The notes under the pieces are model-generated. The model was not told the origin of the DNA. It saw nothing but the letters and a program-made list of their open reading frames with translations, and searched no databases. Below are positions 29,321 to 43,455 of a stretch of DNA of 64,000 nt, in pieces. The DNA comes from the human T2T-CHM13v2.0 reference genome, Homo sapiens. Each line of letters opens with the position of its first letter. Positions within the stretch are counted from its first letter, which is position 1. The translations under genes were made by a program, and so were the position numbers. The DNA lies in the NCBI RefSeq assembly GCF_009914755.1, contig NC_060929.1; one strand, given 5' to 3'.

Positions 29321-32300
29321 CTGAAATTGAGGATGTTTTACTGTTGAACAAGACTTGGTTGGGGTGAGGGATGGGAGAGGAGGGTTAATGGCTAAGAAAG
29401 TAGTCTGATATTTGGGAAATACGACAACCTAAGAGGCCAGTGTTATTCTGAGTTACATAGGAACAGAAATTATTCACAACTGAAGGAGAAAGGAAGGGAG
29501 AGAGAAATACTAAAGCTTAGGAAAAAACATCACTGTGGTGTTAAATTCTGCCATGACCTTCTCATTACTTAAAATCTTAGGGCTCTAGGGTTCTAATTTA
29601 GTAATATTGAACACATATGTTTTAAGGGGTGTGTGTGTGTGTTTTCTTTTTCCCAAGAACAATACAGACATCGTTTTCTTGCCAAGTCACAAATCAATTG
29701 ATGGGTTATTTTTATAGTGAAAAGTTCAGGACTCCAAGAGTTAGGCATGAGTAAGAAGAGGTTTTTAAAATGTTCTCAGATAGCAGTATGTTGTAAGTAG
29801 AACTTGCTGGCACTGGTTTCTTGGCTGTCTGCTTATGAGATTTCTTTACTTGAGCTATTTCAAAGAGCAGGACTGGAGGCCTACTCTATCTCAGAAAAGA
29901 TGATTAAGAGAGATTTGTTCACATTAAATCTCCAAAGACCCATCCTGGCCATTGCTTCTCTTTCATGAGGTGACCTGCCTCCCTTTTCTATATCTGGGGT
30001 GAGAAGTAGTAGTTAAATTCCATATGATTTTAATTGCTTGGGGCATCAGTGATGGGCTTTTTTCCCCTAATGGAGTCATTACAAAGTAGTAAGAATATAC
30101 AAATTCTCCTAACAGGGCATAATATGAAGACTGTGGAATGTCTCATGCTTTTGTTTCTTTTTGAGTTTTAACTTACATAAAAGTTGTCTTTGGGAAGAAG
30201 ATAGCCTAGAATTTACTATACCATGCTAGCTAAAGACAGTTTATAAAGTCATTCTGTTCAAGATGAAGAAAAGCCTGTGGTATGTAAGTGACAAAGATGC
30301 CCCTGGCTTGTTTCACAGGATTTTCCAAGAGTCCTTTCCCTAACCCCTTAACTAAATGTGCCTTCCTTATAAGAAAATGATAGCACCAACTCAAGTTCAG
30401 CAAGATTTAAACTTTGGATTTTTTTCCAATAGAAGTAGCACAAAGGGAAAGTTATTACTTGTGTCTGGGTAGAACAAAATTGGAGAGAAAGTATTGCATT
30501 GACAATATCTACATCCTTCAGGAAGAATAGGCTAAAATCTTATTTGAGATTATTTTTCTTCTGAAGCTTAGAATAGTTTAAAGATCACTGGAGATGGTTT
30601 TTGCAGTGAGTGTCAATATGTCTCTGTAAGGTTTTAACAGTAAAACGTGCTGCCACTGAAGTTTTCTTGTGCAGAATCAAAAGGTATGTGTGGAAGGCAG
30701 AGCTGAGGGAGGTGTTAGATACATTTTCAAGTTGGGTTTACCCCACAGCAAAATATTTTGATGCTGTTAATATGTGTGCTATTCATTAGAAGAGATATCA
30801 CTTCTTGAATTGCTTCCCAGTGAGTATTTGAGTACCAATTAAATACTTGATAGTTGAAGTAACCAGGCATATATTGTGTATTAAACTATCTTAATGACCC
30901 ACATAATCTGTTACGCAATAAATTTGTGGGAGAAAAGTATTGATAGATGGTTTGGATTGAGTAGTCATAGACATTTACACTGAGATTTAAATAACAGAAG
31001 TAGTGAGCCTTTTGGAAATACAGGAAGACCTTTCAAGGAGGGGTAAGTGCAAAGACATCAAAGTATGAATGAGATTGGCCTGCTAGAGGACCAGAAAGAA
31101 GGCCATGTGAGGTTGGAGTGGAGGAGTCTGGGGCAGAGTGGCAGAACATGAGGTGGAGAGGGGTGAAGATCATATAATGCTTTGCAAGTCAGGATGAGGA
31201 ATCTAGATTCAGTGCTTAGTAAGATTAGGAGTCATTAGTGTATTTTAAGGGGAAAAATACTCTGGTTGGTGGTGAACTATGGAGTAGAGGAAGGCAAGAG
31301 AAGATAGGGTGGGGATTAAGTGGTAGACATTAAGTTGACTGGGGCAGCTGTCTAGGACTGGGTTGTAGTAATGGGGATGGAGAAGAGTGGATGAATTTAG
31401 GAACAGTTGAGGGAAAGATGGTGTGGTGAAGGAAGCCAGGTGAGCAAGCAGGTCTAAGCGGGAAAGCATTGCTTTTCCTACAGGAATTTTCCTGTGCATT
31501 CAGGCTGTAAGGATCTCAACTTTTAAAAAAGCCACATTGTTCTCCCAAGTTGTTGGGGAGCTGGTTCACCATTGACTTCTGATCTCTGGAGATATTTTCA
31601 TAATCATGGAGCTGTCTTTCTTTTCACTCTTTTACTCTCTTTCTAGACAGGCTTCTTGGATACCAAGGGTTGGTGGTGGGTTGGGGGAGGTTCTGGGGAT
31701 GGTTAAATTTGCCTGGGCAGCCTCAAAGTTCAAAAAGGAGGGACAGGGAAGCTTAGCTAAGAACCAGGAGTTTGACATACTTAATCTCTCATTTCATCCT
31801 ACTGATGACTTTGTGAGGTATATCTTTTTAATCCTAGATCTACAAAAGAGAAAGCTGAGGCTTGGAGAGGTTCTTCATTTTGTTCAAAGTCATACAACTT
31901 TTACGTGGTGTAGCCAGGATGGGAACCAGAGCCTGGCTCTCTGCACTTCCAACACCACTGCTGAATCCGGGTTTGTCTGTTTTCCCTCTCTTCTTTTAAC
32001 TATTGTCACACAGATTCCATCATAGAACCCATCACGTGGAGGGCCACTATTTCTCTTTCTTTTGTATAGTATGTTTGCTTCCCCTACCCCACAGAGTAAG
32101 GTGCTCAGCAAATGTGGCTGTCTGGAGGCAACACCCCCTTCTCACCGCCACACTTGGGGTTGGGGTGCGAGGCAAGGCAGGGCTGGCGAGGTGGATGTTG
32201 CAGCTGTCACCACTGCTAGGTGTTGGGAAACGACTCTCCTGCCTGTGCATTGACCCGAAGGCATTTTCCATTTCCTAGGCCCCTCCCGCTTCCCGTCCCT

Positions 32301-32453
32301 CACCTCTAGCCCCTCGGCTTCAGCTCAGGCCCCTCGGGGAGCATCCCTTGCCGTGAGACTGACAGCCTTTGGGGGCGCAGGGTCCTGTTCTCTGCGCTCT
32401 AGCCCATCTGTGCGCAGAGCCTCGTTCCCAGGCGCCTGGAGCCCGGCGGGCAT

Positions 32454-32461
32454 TGACGTCA
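32454..32461. promoter_or_regulatory. CARTPT: Canonical cAMP response element TGACGTCA (extended palindrome TTGACGTCAA)
   Basis: Exact palindrome about 105 bp upstream of the TATA box; CART is known to be cAMP/CREB regulated. Confidence 0.93.
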
Positions 32462-32565
32462 AGCGCCGGCGGAGCGCTGCCTACAGACGGTTGACCCGGG
32501 CCCTCCTCCACACCCCCTTCCTTCTTCGCCTCCTCCCTCTTTCCTGCACGGGGGCTCGGGCTCAC

Positions 32566-32572
32566 TATAAAA
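32566..32572 (+). promoter_or_regulatory. CARTPT: TATA box TATAAAA
   Basis: Consensus TATA 50 bp before the ATG; implies a TSS near 32595-32600. Confidence 0.93.
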
Positions 32573-32615
32573 GGTGGGAGCGCGTGGTGCCCCAGCAACG
32601 ACGAGTTTCAGAACG

Positions 32616-32774
32616 ATGGAGAGCTCCCGCGTGAGGCTGCTGCCCCTCCTGGGCGCCGCCCTGCTGCTGATGCTACCTCTGTTGGGTACCCGTGCCCAGG
32701 AGGACGCCAAGCTCCAGCCCCGAGCCCTGGACATCTACTCTGCCGTGGATGATGCCTCCCACGAGAAGGAGCTG
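32616..32774 (+). CDS. CARTPT: CART prepropeptide exon 1 (signal peptide and N-terminal propeptide)
   Basis: MESSRVRLLPLLGAALLLMLPLLGTRAQEDAKLQPRALDIYSAVDDASHEKEL, followed by GT donor at 32775. Confidence 0.98.
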
Positions 32775-33021
32775 GTCGGTATTCCCCTCGCTCTCGACCC
32801 CCTTGAGCTGTCGCCTTGTCTCTTCTCTTGCACGCCTCCCTCCTCCCCCCACCCCCACTCCTATTCCCAGAGTCAGGGCGCGGGGAGCTGAGCGCAACGC
32901 CCAGGCACCCACTGCCATCCGAAGAGCGTCTCGAGCTCACGGGCTCCTGGCAGTCTGTTGAGCGAATCCCTCATCCCGGCCCCTCTGAGCAACAGGGGCC
33001 CCAGCGGCTCAGAGACCCGCG

Positions 33022-33042
33022 GTCAGTACCTGGGACAGCGTC
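33022..33042 (+). promoter_or_regulatory. CARTPT: RE1/NRSE (REST site) in intron 1
   Basis: GTCAGTACCTGGGACAGCGTC matches TTCAGCACCnnGGACAGCGCC with the canonical 2-bp spacer. Confidence 0.85.
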
Positions 33043-33201
33043 CGCTAAGTTTCCACCCCTCGACCATTCCCTGTGTCCGCGGAGTCCCACCGCAGAGTGC
33101 GTGTGGGTCCGGGGCTCCTTATAACTAGGGCTGGAAGTGCGCACCTGGGCTGGGCTCGCAGCCAAGGCGGCAACTTCAGGCTCCGAAGCGGTGTGTTGCA
33201 G

Positions 33202-33285
33202 ATCGAAGCGCTGCAAGAAGTCTTGAAGAAGCTCAAGAGTAAACGTGTTCCCATCTATGAGAAGAAGTATGGCCAAGTCCCCATG
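33202..33285 (+). CDS. CARTPT: CART prepropeptide exon 2 (contains KR and KK convertase sites)
   Basis: ttgcag|IEALQEVLKKLKSKRVPIYEKKYGQVPM|gtaag. Confidence 0.98.
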
Positions 33286-33829
33286 GTAAGGTTTGTGGTC
33301 ACTCCCTTCCCGTGTTTTTCCAAGAGAAAGTACACCGCCTTGAATCGTACACACAGTCTTCTCCGTAGGATGTGGCTAAATAACTTAGGTAATGGGCTTG
33401 CAGGATTCTGTGGGCTCCTTCTTCCTTCCCGGGTGAGGAAATGGGAAAGCAGGAACAGGGGTTGTAAGAAAGTGTAAGTCTATTGTTTGTTGCTCAGGAA
33501 AAAGGTCTGATTTTTTTCCCCTCTGAGAGGGCAAGAAAAGGAGCCAGGAAATGTGATGCTCCCCTTCCCACGCCCCCCAACCCTCGCCACTTAAAGGTGG
33601 AAGAAACTAGGATAAAACTAATAATGTAAGTTTCTTTAAAAAATGTACTCTCACTGAGGTTATAAGCACAAGGCTCCCTGTTTCAGATCTGACTGTACGT
33701 AGACCTCTTGTGATGGTGATGGGGTCCAATTGCCCCTTTCAAGAGACAGAAATTGCGTTGACTGTGAGACTTGCCTGTTGGGAACCTGGGTTTGTTCATA
33801 CTCGATGACCACACATTTTGTTGTTTCAG

Positions 33830-33937
33830 TGTGACGCCGGTGAGCAGTGTGCAGTGAGGAAAGGGGCAAGGATCGGGAAGCTGTGTGACTGTCCCCGAGG
33901 AACCTCCTGCAATTCCTTCCTCCTGAAGTGCTTATGA
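33830..33937 (+). CDS. CARTPT: CART prepropeptide exon 3 (six-cysteine bioactive domain, stop codon)
   Basis: tttcag|[35 protein letters not shown]; total CDS 351 nt = 116 aa. Confidence 0.98.
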   Translation, partial: CDAGEQCAVRKGARIGKLCDCPRGTSCNSFLLKCL

Positions 33938-34081
33938 AGGGGCGTCCATTCTCCTCCATACATCCCCATCCCTCTACTTTCCCCAGAGGACCACACCTTC
34001 CTCCCTGGAGTTTGGCTTAAGCAACAGATAAAGTTTTTATTTTCCTCTGAAGGGAAAGGGCTCTTTTCCTGCTGTTTCAAA

Positions 34082-34352
34082 AATAAAAGAACACATTAGA
34101 TGTTACTGTGTGAAGAATAATGCCTTGTATGGTGTTGATACGTGTGTGAAGTATTCTTATTTTATTTGTCTGACAAACTCTTGTGTACCTTTGTGTAAAG
34201 AAGGGAAGCTTTGTTTGAAAATTGTATTTTTGTATGTGGCATGGCAGAATGAAAATTAGATCTAGCTAATCTCGGTAGATGTCATTACAACCTGGAAAAT
34301 AAATCACCCTAAGTGACACAAATTGAAGCATGTACAAATTATACATAATAAA
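34082..34352 (+). terminator. CARTPT: CARTPT polyadenylation signals AATAAA (34082, 34298, 34347)
   Basis: Three hexamers in the 3'UTR; the distal one is followed by GT/T-rich sequence. Confidence 0.75.
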
Positions 34353-34572
34353 GTGTTTTTAATAATTGCCCATAGTGCACTGCTGTTTTCATATAAGTAA
34401 TTTAAGTGGAAATGGTGAGATTAATCATGCTGTTGTTTTCAAAGAAAAATATTTTAAAAATAGCAGCCTATTGGGAAAATGGCACCTTAGCTCCAAGGAG
34501 TTTTGATCGTTAATTAGAAGTTTGCCAAGCCAGTTTTAGTATACTCTATTTTTCTTTGATTGCAGCGATGTG

Positions 34573-34593
34573 GTGTGTGTATGTGTGTGTGTA

Positions 34594-34630
<37 letters not shown>

Positions 34631-34639
34631 AAGAGAGAG
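34573..34639. repeat. Compound (TG)n(AG)n microsatellite just 3' of CARTPT
   Basis: Direct reading. Confidence 0.95.
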
Positions 34640-35609
34640 ATGAATGAGATGGAGATGGTTGGAGTTGAGGTTATATAATTTTGTTTATTAAAACCTTTAG
34701 CCAGACCCTTTACTTTAAACAGTGAGACCAATAAACTATAAACAGTTTCATGTTTTAGTCACATTAAAAGCAATTTGAAAAATTAGAAATTTTGTTTTGA
34801 CAACTCCCTTATTAGAAAATATACATTGATTTAAAGATATGGGCTGTTTAGGGTTGTTATTTGTCTAAAGACTCCAAGGTTATAAGACCCATTCATTCCC
34901 ACAAGTAAATTCACACTCTTGGAAAAAATTCTCTATTCCAGGAGAAAGAGTCATTTCAGAAAATAGTTTTGAGGGGAACAAATAAAAATTGGAGGAGGTG
35001 AGAATTCAACTCAAGAAATTAAAACATATTAAATGTAAAGTTAAGTAGCTTTTAAATATTTCTGAGTGCTTATTTGAGGTCACATTTCCAAGGGTTTAAA
35101 CCAGACTAAGTAACATCTAAGTAGCAGCATCATGAGAGAAATAAATGTTAACAGCTTCCTAATCCAAACTCAAGAGGCACTTGCATAATAGCAGAATTGA
35201 AAAATAAAGCCCCTCCACGGATTCATAGGGAGTTTTCTGATAGAAAATATTCTTATACACAGTTACCATTTTCAGTGTGATTATTATTATTAGCATGCCT
35301 AATCTTGCAAGATAGATATTATTACTATTTTTCAGAGTAGAAAACAGAGGGCAAGAGAATTATGGAATTTGCTTACACCATATAATCCTAAATAATAATT
35401 TTAGCTGTAATCCCTTTGACTCCAAAGATTTGTCCTTTTTCTCCATGTCACTTAGGCAATCAACAGACTGGGCTTTGAATTCCCCAGAAAGCACATCTTT
35501 CCTTAATAAAAATTGCTCACTGGGGGCCAAGGTGTATTTTTTGGGGCTGTGTTTCCGTTTGAATTCCCCTACACAAGCCTATATGTGATTAGAATGTGGT
35601 ATTTTTGTT

Positions 35610-35611
35610 TG

Positions 35612-35648
<37 letters not shown>

Positions 35649-35929
35649 AGACAGGGTCTCACTCTGTCACCCAGGCTGAAGTGCAGTGGCACAATTACGG
35701 CTCACTGCAGCTTCGATCTCCCAGGCTCAAGTGATCCTCCCACCTCAGGCTTCTAAGTAGCTTGGACCACAAGCATGCACCACCATGCCTGGCTAACTTT
35801 TGTATTTTTAGTAGAGACGGAGCTTCGCCATGTTGTCCAGGCTGATCTCAAACTCCTGGGCTTAAGCGATCTGCCCACCTTGGCCTCCCAAAGTGCTGGG
35901 ATTACAGGCGCGACACACGTCGCCCAGGC
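35610..35929 (-). mobile_element. Alu (AluJ-like)
   Basis: Reverse Alu with T-rich tail. Confidence 0.92.
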
Positions 35930-36139
35930 AGAATGGGATATGTTTTAATTTTTAATAAGTGCAAGTAGTTATTTAATAGTTTCACAGTCTGCTACTTTTC
36001 CAGAAATCATTTCAGTTAGAATATTCTTGAGCCCCTTAACTATTCCTATCTATCACTCCTAAATAAGTCAGATCAGGAAATTGCTTTAGTGAACAGGCAG
36101 GACCGTCAGGGCTAACACACAGAACTGCTTTCTCTCCTT

Positions 36140-36437
<298 letters not shown>

Positions 36438-38131
36438 AGAACTGCTTTCCCTTTTAGCCTGGTGTGTTTCCCCAAAAGCAAGAGATGCTGGAGGAATCTG
36501 GAGTTCAAAGAAAAGAATATAAACTTGACTCTAAACCTTTTTAGCTTGTTCCCCTCACCCCTGCCTTTACTCTGTCATCCCTCCTTTCTTGTTTGATGAG
36601 ACTAAGGGATATGGACAAGTGGCTATAGGAAATTGGTAATGGGGAATCTGTGGGCTCTGTATGAAGAGGCTTTTTTTTTTTTCCAAAAATTTTGTCTGGG
36701 GGCCCAGATTTTCAGTTAATGGTGTTAATATGTTCTGCACTAATGATAGCAGCACTTAATTTTTGATGGCTTGTTAAAAGTAACTTTGCCTTCCCATTTT
36801 ATCAATACTGGAGTGATCAATCTTGGTGAGTATTGGGGTAGAAGATCAGAGCTGGAGTCCAAGTTTCTGCCCTGTCATACAGTCATAGCTGCTGATCCCA
36901 TGGGGTGAGTGGCTCATACATCCCATAACCCAAGGGCCAGGTTCCTTTCTCAGAGGTTAACATCTAATCCTATATCCTGGACATTGCTCAGCATGCAAGA
37001 GGCAGTGGAAAGTCACAAACCTGCTCTTGCTCTTGTCCCCATCATGAGTCCCCCGGCCCCCTTAAATGATGTTGTAGACAGGCTATATGTGCTGTCTGGT
37101 CATTCACCTTGTCTGCTTGATAGTGGTACATTTTACTGATAGATTTTATAATGACGTTTTTCCTTGCATGGGATAAACTCCGCTTAGTTATGACAAATTT
37201 TATAACACATTATTGGCTTCTATTTGTTGGTATACATACTAGAACTTTTAAATCTATGCTTCTAAGAAAAATTGATTTGTAATTTTCTTTTCTTATACTG
37301 TCATTGCTTAGTTTCAGTGTTAGACTGTAATAGCTTCAAAAAATGAATTAGGAAGTTTGTTTTCCCCTTCCCTTTCCTTGTCTTTTGAAACAGTTTGTAA
37401 AGAGAGATTATCTGCGACTGTTTGGTTAAATTCTTTTGTGGGCGGAAGACTTTGATTACTGAGTCAATTTCTTCAATGATTTTTTAAATGACCTTGGAAC
37501 TATGACTGGGGATAGATGAGACATGAGAGATTTGCACACTTCATTTGGACTTAATTTAAATCTAGTTAGGAAGGGTGTTAAAAAAGATCTAAGAATAGAA
37601 TAAGGAAGAGCTAAGATTTTGAATTTATAAATTGAAGGATAACTTTAAAACCCAAGATGGCACTTGATTAATCTTTGCTGTGCATTAAAACTACTCTCAG
37701 AGATACAAAACCAACCAACCAAACCACTCACAGAGATAACTATTGGTTTATTCTGTTTTCTTGAGTCCATCTTAAAGGTTCTATATTTTTCTGGAAAATT
37801 GTCTTTTTCATTTAAGTTATGAAATTCACTGGCATTGGATTCAAATCTATTCTGTAAGTATAATTTTGTCCCACTTTCATTTCTAACATTGCTTAAATAC
37901 TCTTTCTCTTTTTTGGGGGGGATTTGTATATTTATTGGTCATGTTTTTGTGTTATTAATCCTCTATAGTTGCTTTGTTTTCTAACTTACTGATTTCTGGT
38001 ATTATCTTTGTTTCTTTCTATTTTCTTAGGTTTTACTTCCTAGTTCCTTGAAAATTAATTTATTCCCAATAGTTTGGTGTTTTAATATATATTTTTAAAG
38101 TTGTAAATTTGCTTTGAAGTAGCAATTCTTT

Positions 38132-38386
38132 AGTGTAGTGGTGTTATTATAGCTTACTGCAACCTCGAACTCCTGGACTCAAGTGATCCTCCTGCCTTAG
38201 CCTCCAGATTAGCTAGAACTACAGGTGCACATCACCATACCTGACTAATTTTTATTTTCATTTTTTGGTGGAGATTGGGTCTCGCTATGTTGCTCGGGCT
38301 GGTTTTGAAATCCTGGCCTCAAGAAATCCTCCTGCCTTGGCCTCCCAAAGTGCTGCGATTAGTGGTGTGAGACATTGCACCTGGCC
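38132..38386 (-). mobile_element. Truncated Alu (AluJ-like)
   Basis: Reverse Alu lacking its tail end. Confidence 0.85.
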
Positions 38387-38531
38387 CTGAAGTATCACTT
38401 CTGATGTGTATTAGGATAAGTGATACTAGCCATTGTAACCAATTACTCCAATACCAGACCCAAATCAGATTCTGACATTGGGGTGTGCGGCTTCCTTATG
38501 TGAATCTCCAACAACGACTGTGGGGGTCTAG

Positions 38532-38893
<362 letters not shown>

Positions 38894-40366
38894 TCATGGC
38901 ATCTTTATTTGGATGTGTAGTAGGAGTCTTTGAGTTGAGACTTCCTTTGCTTTCTAGCCTCTTTTAAAATAATCGGATATTTCATATCCAGATTTTTAAT
39001 ATTTAAATTTGTATATACTTCACTTTAGGAGTGATTTGTTAACATTTGCCTTAAGCTTTGCAACCACATAGCAACAATTTTCTTTCCCTAATTCTAAGTT
39101 TTATTATTCATCATTGATTCTTTTATAAAATCATCTCAATTCTTGAGTTCTTACTTTTAATTAATTGTAGTCTTCCTTTAAGTAACCTTTTGACGGTGGG
39201 TACTTGGGTATTATGTTTCTGAATCTTTGCATTCTTGAGATTGGTTTTACTTTGCTCTTGCAAGGAACTTTTTTTGTTTGTTTGTTTAAATAACAGAGGT
39301 ATCGAAACTCCTTCCCATGCGATTAGTCCATTGTTTTCTGGTATTGGGGTAAGGGAAATCTTTCACTGTAGTTGCCTTTTTTTCCCCAGGTATCTTGTTT
39401 CTTTCAGTCTCTGAGTAGGTATTTTTTCCTATATTTGAGCTTCTTATATGTCACTCAGGGTATCTTGGTATAGGTCTGTCTCTGTATCTTGTCTGAATCT
39501 TGTTGAGCCCTTTCAATGGAAACATTCAAGATTTGCTTTGGGTAAGTGAAAGGTATTTCTCTCGTTTCTTTGCTTACTGTTTCTCTGCTGTGTGTTCAGT
39601 TTCTTTCCGGGATTCCTTTTACATAAGTGTAGGCTCTCTCATATCCATGTTTATGTGAATTGCATCTTTTCTTTTCTCCTTTTCATCTTGGTGTTTGTCC
39701 TCTGAGTCCTGGGGGACAAATCTTGAGACTGTTCTCTAATTAATAGATTTGGTTTTATTCAGTAAATAATCTACAGTCTACTGGATAATTCTCTACAATC
39801 ATTTTCCCAGACCCCCTTTTCTCATAGTTCTGGTGTAAAAAGGAAATACTCCTGAAAGGCACAGACCACTCACTTATGCAGACTTCCCAGGGGGTGGGTT
39901 TTCCACAGCCTCTTTTTCGGTGACTGCAGAGAAGTTGAGCTATCAGGGCTCTGTAGGGAGATATTGGGACCAGATTTATCACATTTTGCTGATACCTGTC
40001 CCTGGCTGGAGATCTCAAAGGCTAGAATATGCTCTCAAAGAGAGAGAGGGTACCACGAGCTCTGAGATGGGATGTGGGAATGGTACCTCTTGTTCTTTAA
40101 ATCACGTTATGATTATAAGAGCAGTGGATTTTTTTTTACATAAGCAGTAATAAAATCCTGTGTTCTGCATTGGGGAAGGGTTGAAGAAGAGAAGACATCC
40201 GGAGAAGGAATTTGGGGAAAAACATAAATATCTAACGAGCATTTATTAAGTGATTTGCTGTGTGATGTATATTGGAAACCTCTCTTCCTGTTCTCCAATG
40301 AGTTTTTCAGTAAATTATTTGTTACTTCAAGTAATAATTAATGTGGTTTTATTGAAAAAATTGCTA

Positions 40367-40676
40367 GGCCAGATGCAGTGGTTCATGCCTATAATCCCAA
40401 CACTTTGGGAGGCCAAGGTGGGCAGATCGCTTGAGCCCAGGAGTTTGAGACAAGCCCGGGCAACATGGTGAAATCTCACTTCTACAAAAAATACAAAATT
40501 TAGTGAGGCATGGTGTCATGTGCCGGTAGTCCCAGCTACTCAGGAGGCTGAATGAGAGGACCTGAGCCTGAGAAGCTCTAGACTGAAGTGAGTTGAGGTT
40601 GTGCCACTGCATTCTAGCCTGGGTGACAGAGTTGTACTCTGTATCCAAAGTAAATAAATAAATAAATAAATAAAAA
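40367..40676 (+). mobile_element. Alu (AluJ-like) with (TAAA)n tail
   Basis: Dimer. Confidence 0.9.
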
Positions 40677-40731
40677 GTGGCTTATCAAATTTATTTCCTT
40701 TGACCAATATCCAGTATAGCAAGATAGATAT

Positions 40732-40892
40732 ATTCATTCATTCATTCGTTCACTAATTCATTCATTCACCCCTTTATTTGTTATTCAACAGACATTTTAA
40801 AGCACCTTTTCTGCGTCAGGCACTGTGGTAGGCTCCAGGGATACAGCAGAGAAGAAAACAGTAAAGACTGCCACCTTCAAGGAGCTTATGAT
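40732..40892 (-). mobile_element. L2 3' end with (TTCA)n
   Basis: 'ttcattcattc...caacagacatttt...caggcactgtggtaggctccagggatacagc'. Confidence 0.75.
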
Positions 40893-42698
40893 GTTATGTA
40901 ACAAGAAGGCTCTGTGTAGGAGGGACCCATAAAGGTGAACCTATGGAGGGAGAAAGATTCCTACTGTGGCATTGAATTCCTCTTCCCTGGGAATTTGTCC
41001 TGGTCCTCTCTTCTCTCGCCTGTTCCCACACAATACTCCTCACTTTCATTTCCCCAGGTTGTCTGGATCCCTTTGGTTTGTGTATCTTAGCTGCTGATAT
41101 TGGTTTCCATCCCTTTGGTTCTGATATCCCATTTTGGATAGACCCTCCAGCTACTCTTCCGCATTGATCTAGTGCAGTTCTCAATTTTGCCCGCTGGTTT
41201 CCAGTTTCTGTGGTTGCTGTAAGAGACCACCCCCTACCCTTAACTTTCCAACAGGTATCTGGAACCAGTCCTAATTCCCACATAGCCATTCTGTAGGGAG
41301 AATCTGATTGTATCCACCATCTACAAGAGGGACCCACCCCCAGTTTTAATCCATGAACACTTCTGCGTGAAAACCCAGCCCATTTGGATGAGAACAGCCA
41401 AACCTATGTGTGCAGACTCCAGAAGGCAGAGCTACATACACATGGCCTTGCTTCTCTGCCCACCATCCCTGTTTCCCCAGAGCACTTCTATGCTGTCACC
41501 AAGGACAACTGCACCCAGGGCTGTCTGCTCTCTGGATGATTGAAACCATTAGTAATTTACCCAACTCCGGCTGCTGCCTTTCATTAATTATCACTATGCT
41601 AATGATGTCCCTCAGGAAAAGGAAAAAATAATAATTCTTCCTCCAATGTAGGCTGTGCAGAGACAGAACATCTTTCATAAATAAATCAGGGGTGGATGTT
41701 TTGCCTTGAATTCCTTTGAACTCTTCCCTCACAGAGACAGAGGATGTGGAAGTGGGCGTAATAGGATCAAATGAAGCAGGTGTTTAGCCTGTCTGTTCTT
41801 TCAGATAGGAGGTGGGGTCACCTTTACTTATATGCCTTTCTCAGTAAAGGCAGAGACTTTCTTAAAATGTAGCAAAAGGAACTGGATACAGCCCTCCAAA
41901 ACAAAATTGTCTAGTAAAGCCATGGATGCGTAAAGCCACTGATACCGTGTTTAAATCACTACACTTGTGATTTAAGAAGACATTTCCCCCCATTTAATCT
42001 GACCTTGTAGACTCAAGGAGAACTAAATGAATTAACATATATGAACAGCACCTGAACACTATAAGAACTCCATAAGGGTTAGCTATTCCAAAGAATAAAG
42101 CAAAGTTCTGCAGCATTTTCTGGGCTCTCTGAGTTTATGAGTGGCGTCTATAGCGTTTGTTCCATGACATCTCTTGTAGACATGGTGGGACATAATAATG
42201 GGGTTTCCCTATTGAATCTGAGCAAGAGTTTGGTCACTCCTGTCCTGTTAGTAAGAAGGAGCAGGTAGACACAGAGTAGACTTTCAGGTGGGATGTCTAG
42301 ATCAAGACAGACTTAGGGCGCTTGAAGCTAAATGCTCTAAAAGTTTTAGCAGCCCTTTGGCTGTAGTGGGTAGTTAGTTATTGTGGAATCCTAAGCTTGT
42401 TCTGGAATTCTGAAAATTTTATTGAGTAGTGAGAGGAGACCATGCATTCATCCAATAACTCTTTGAATAACAAGCATGTTACTCAATTCATGGTGAAAAA
42501 TTTTCTTTTTTAGTTTTTTATTCCTAACTTTATTGCTATTTTCACAAAAATTGAATAAAAGAGAAAATAAGAAGAAAATCATCACTCCTGTTCATTTTTC
42601 AAGCCTTTGGGGGCTCTTTTCCTTCCTGAATCTTCCTTATGAGGCTGAATCTTGGTATTCTCTGTGAGTGTTCTTTTTTGGCCTTTTAAAAAATTATA

Positions 42699-43455
<757 letters not shown>

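Larger units (their letters stand above)
32270..33260. promoter_or_regulatory. CARTPT: CpG island over the CARTPT promoter, exon 1 and intron 1
   Basis: High GC and dense CpG compared with CpG-depleted flanks (boundaries estimated by eye). Confidence 0.85.

Noticed and set aside
32574-32891. 105-aa ORF with an upstream start and read-through into intron 1
   Set aside because: It starts at a GTG upstream of the probable TSS and ignores the donor at 32775; the real CDS starts at ATG 32616 and is spliced
32320-33354. Overlapping antisense ORFs across CARTPT
   Set aside because: Expected from stop-poor GC-rich CpG-island DNA; no recognisable protein
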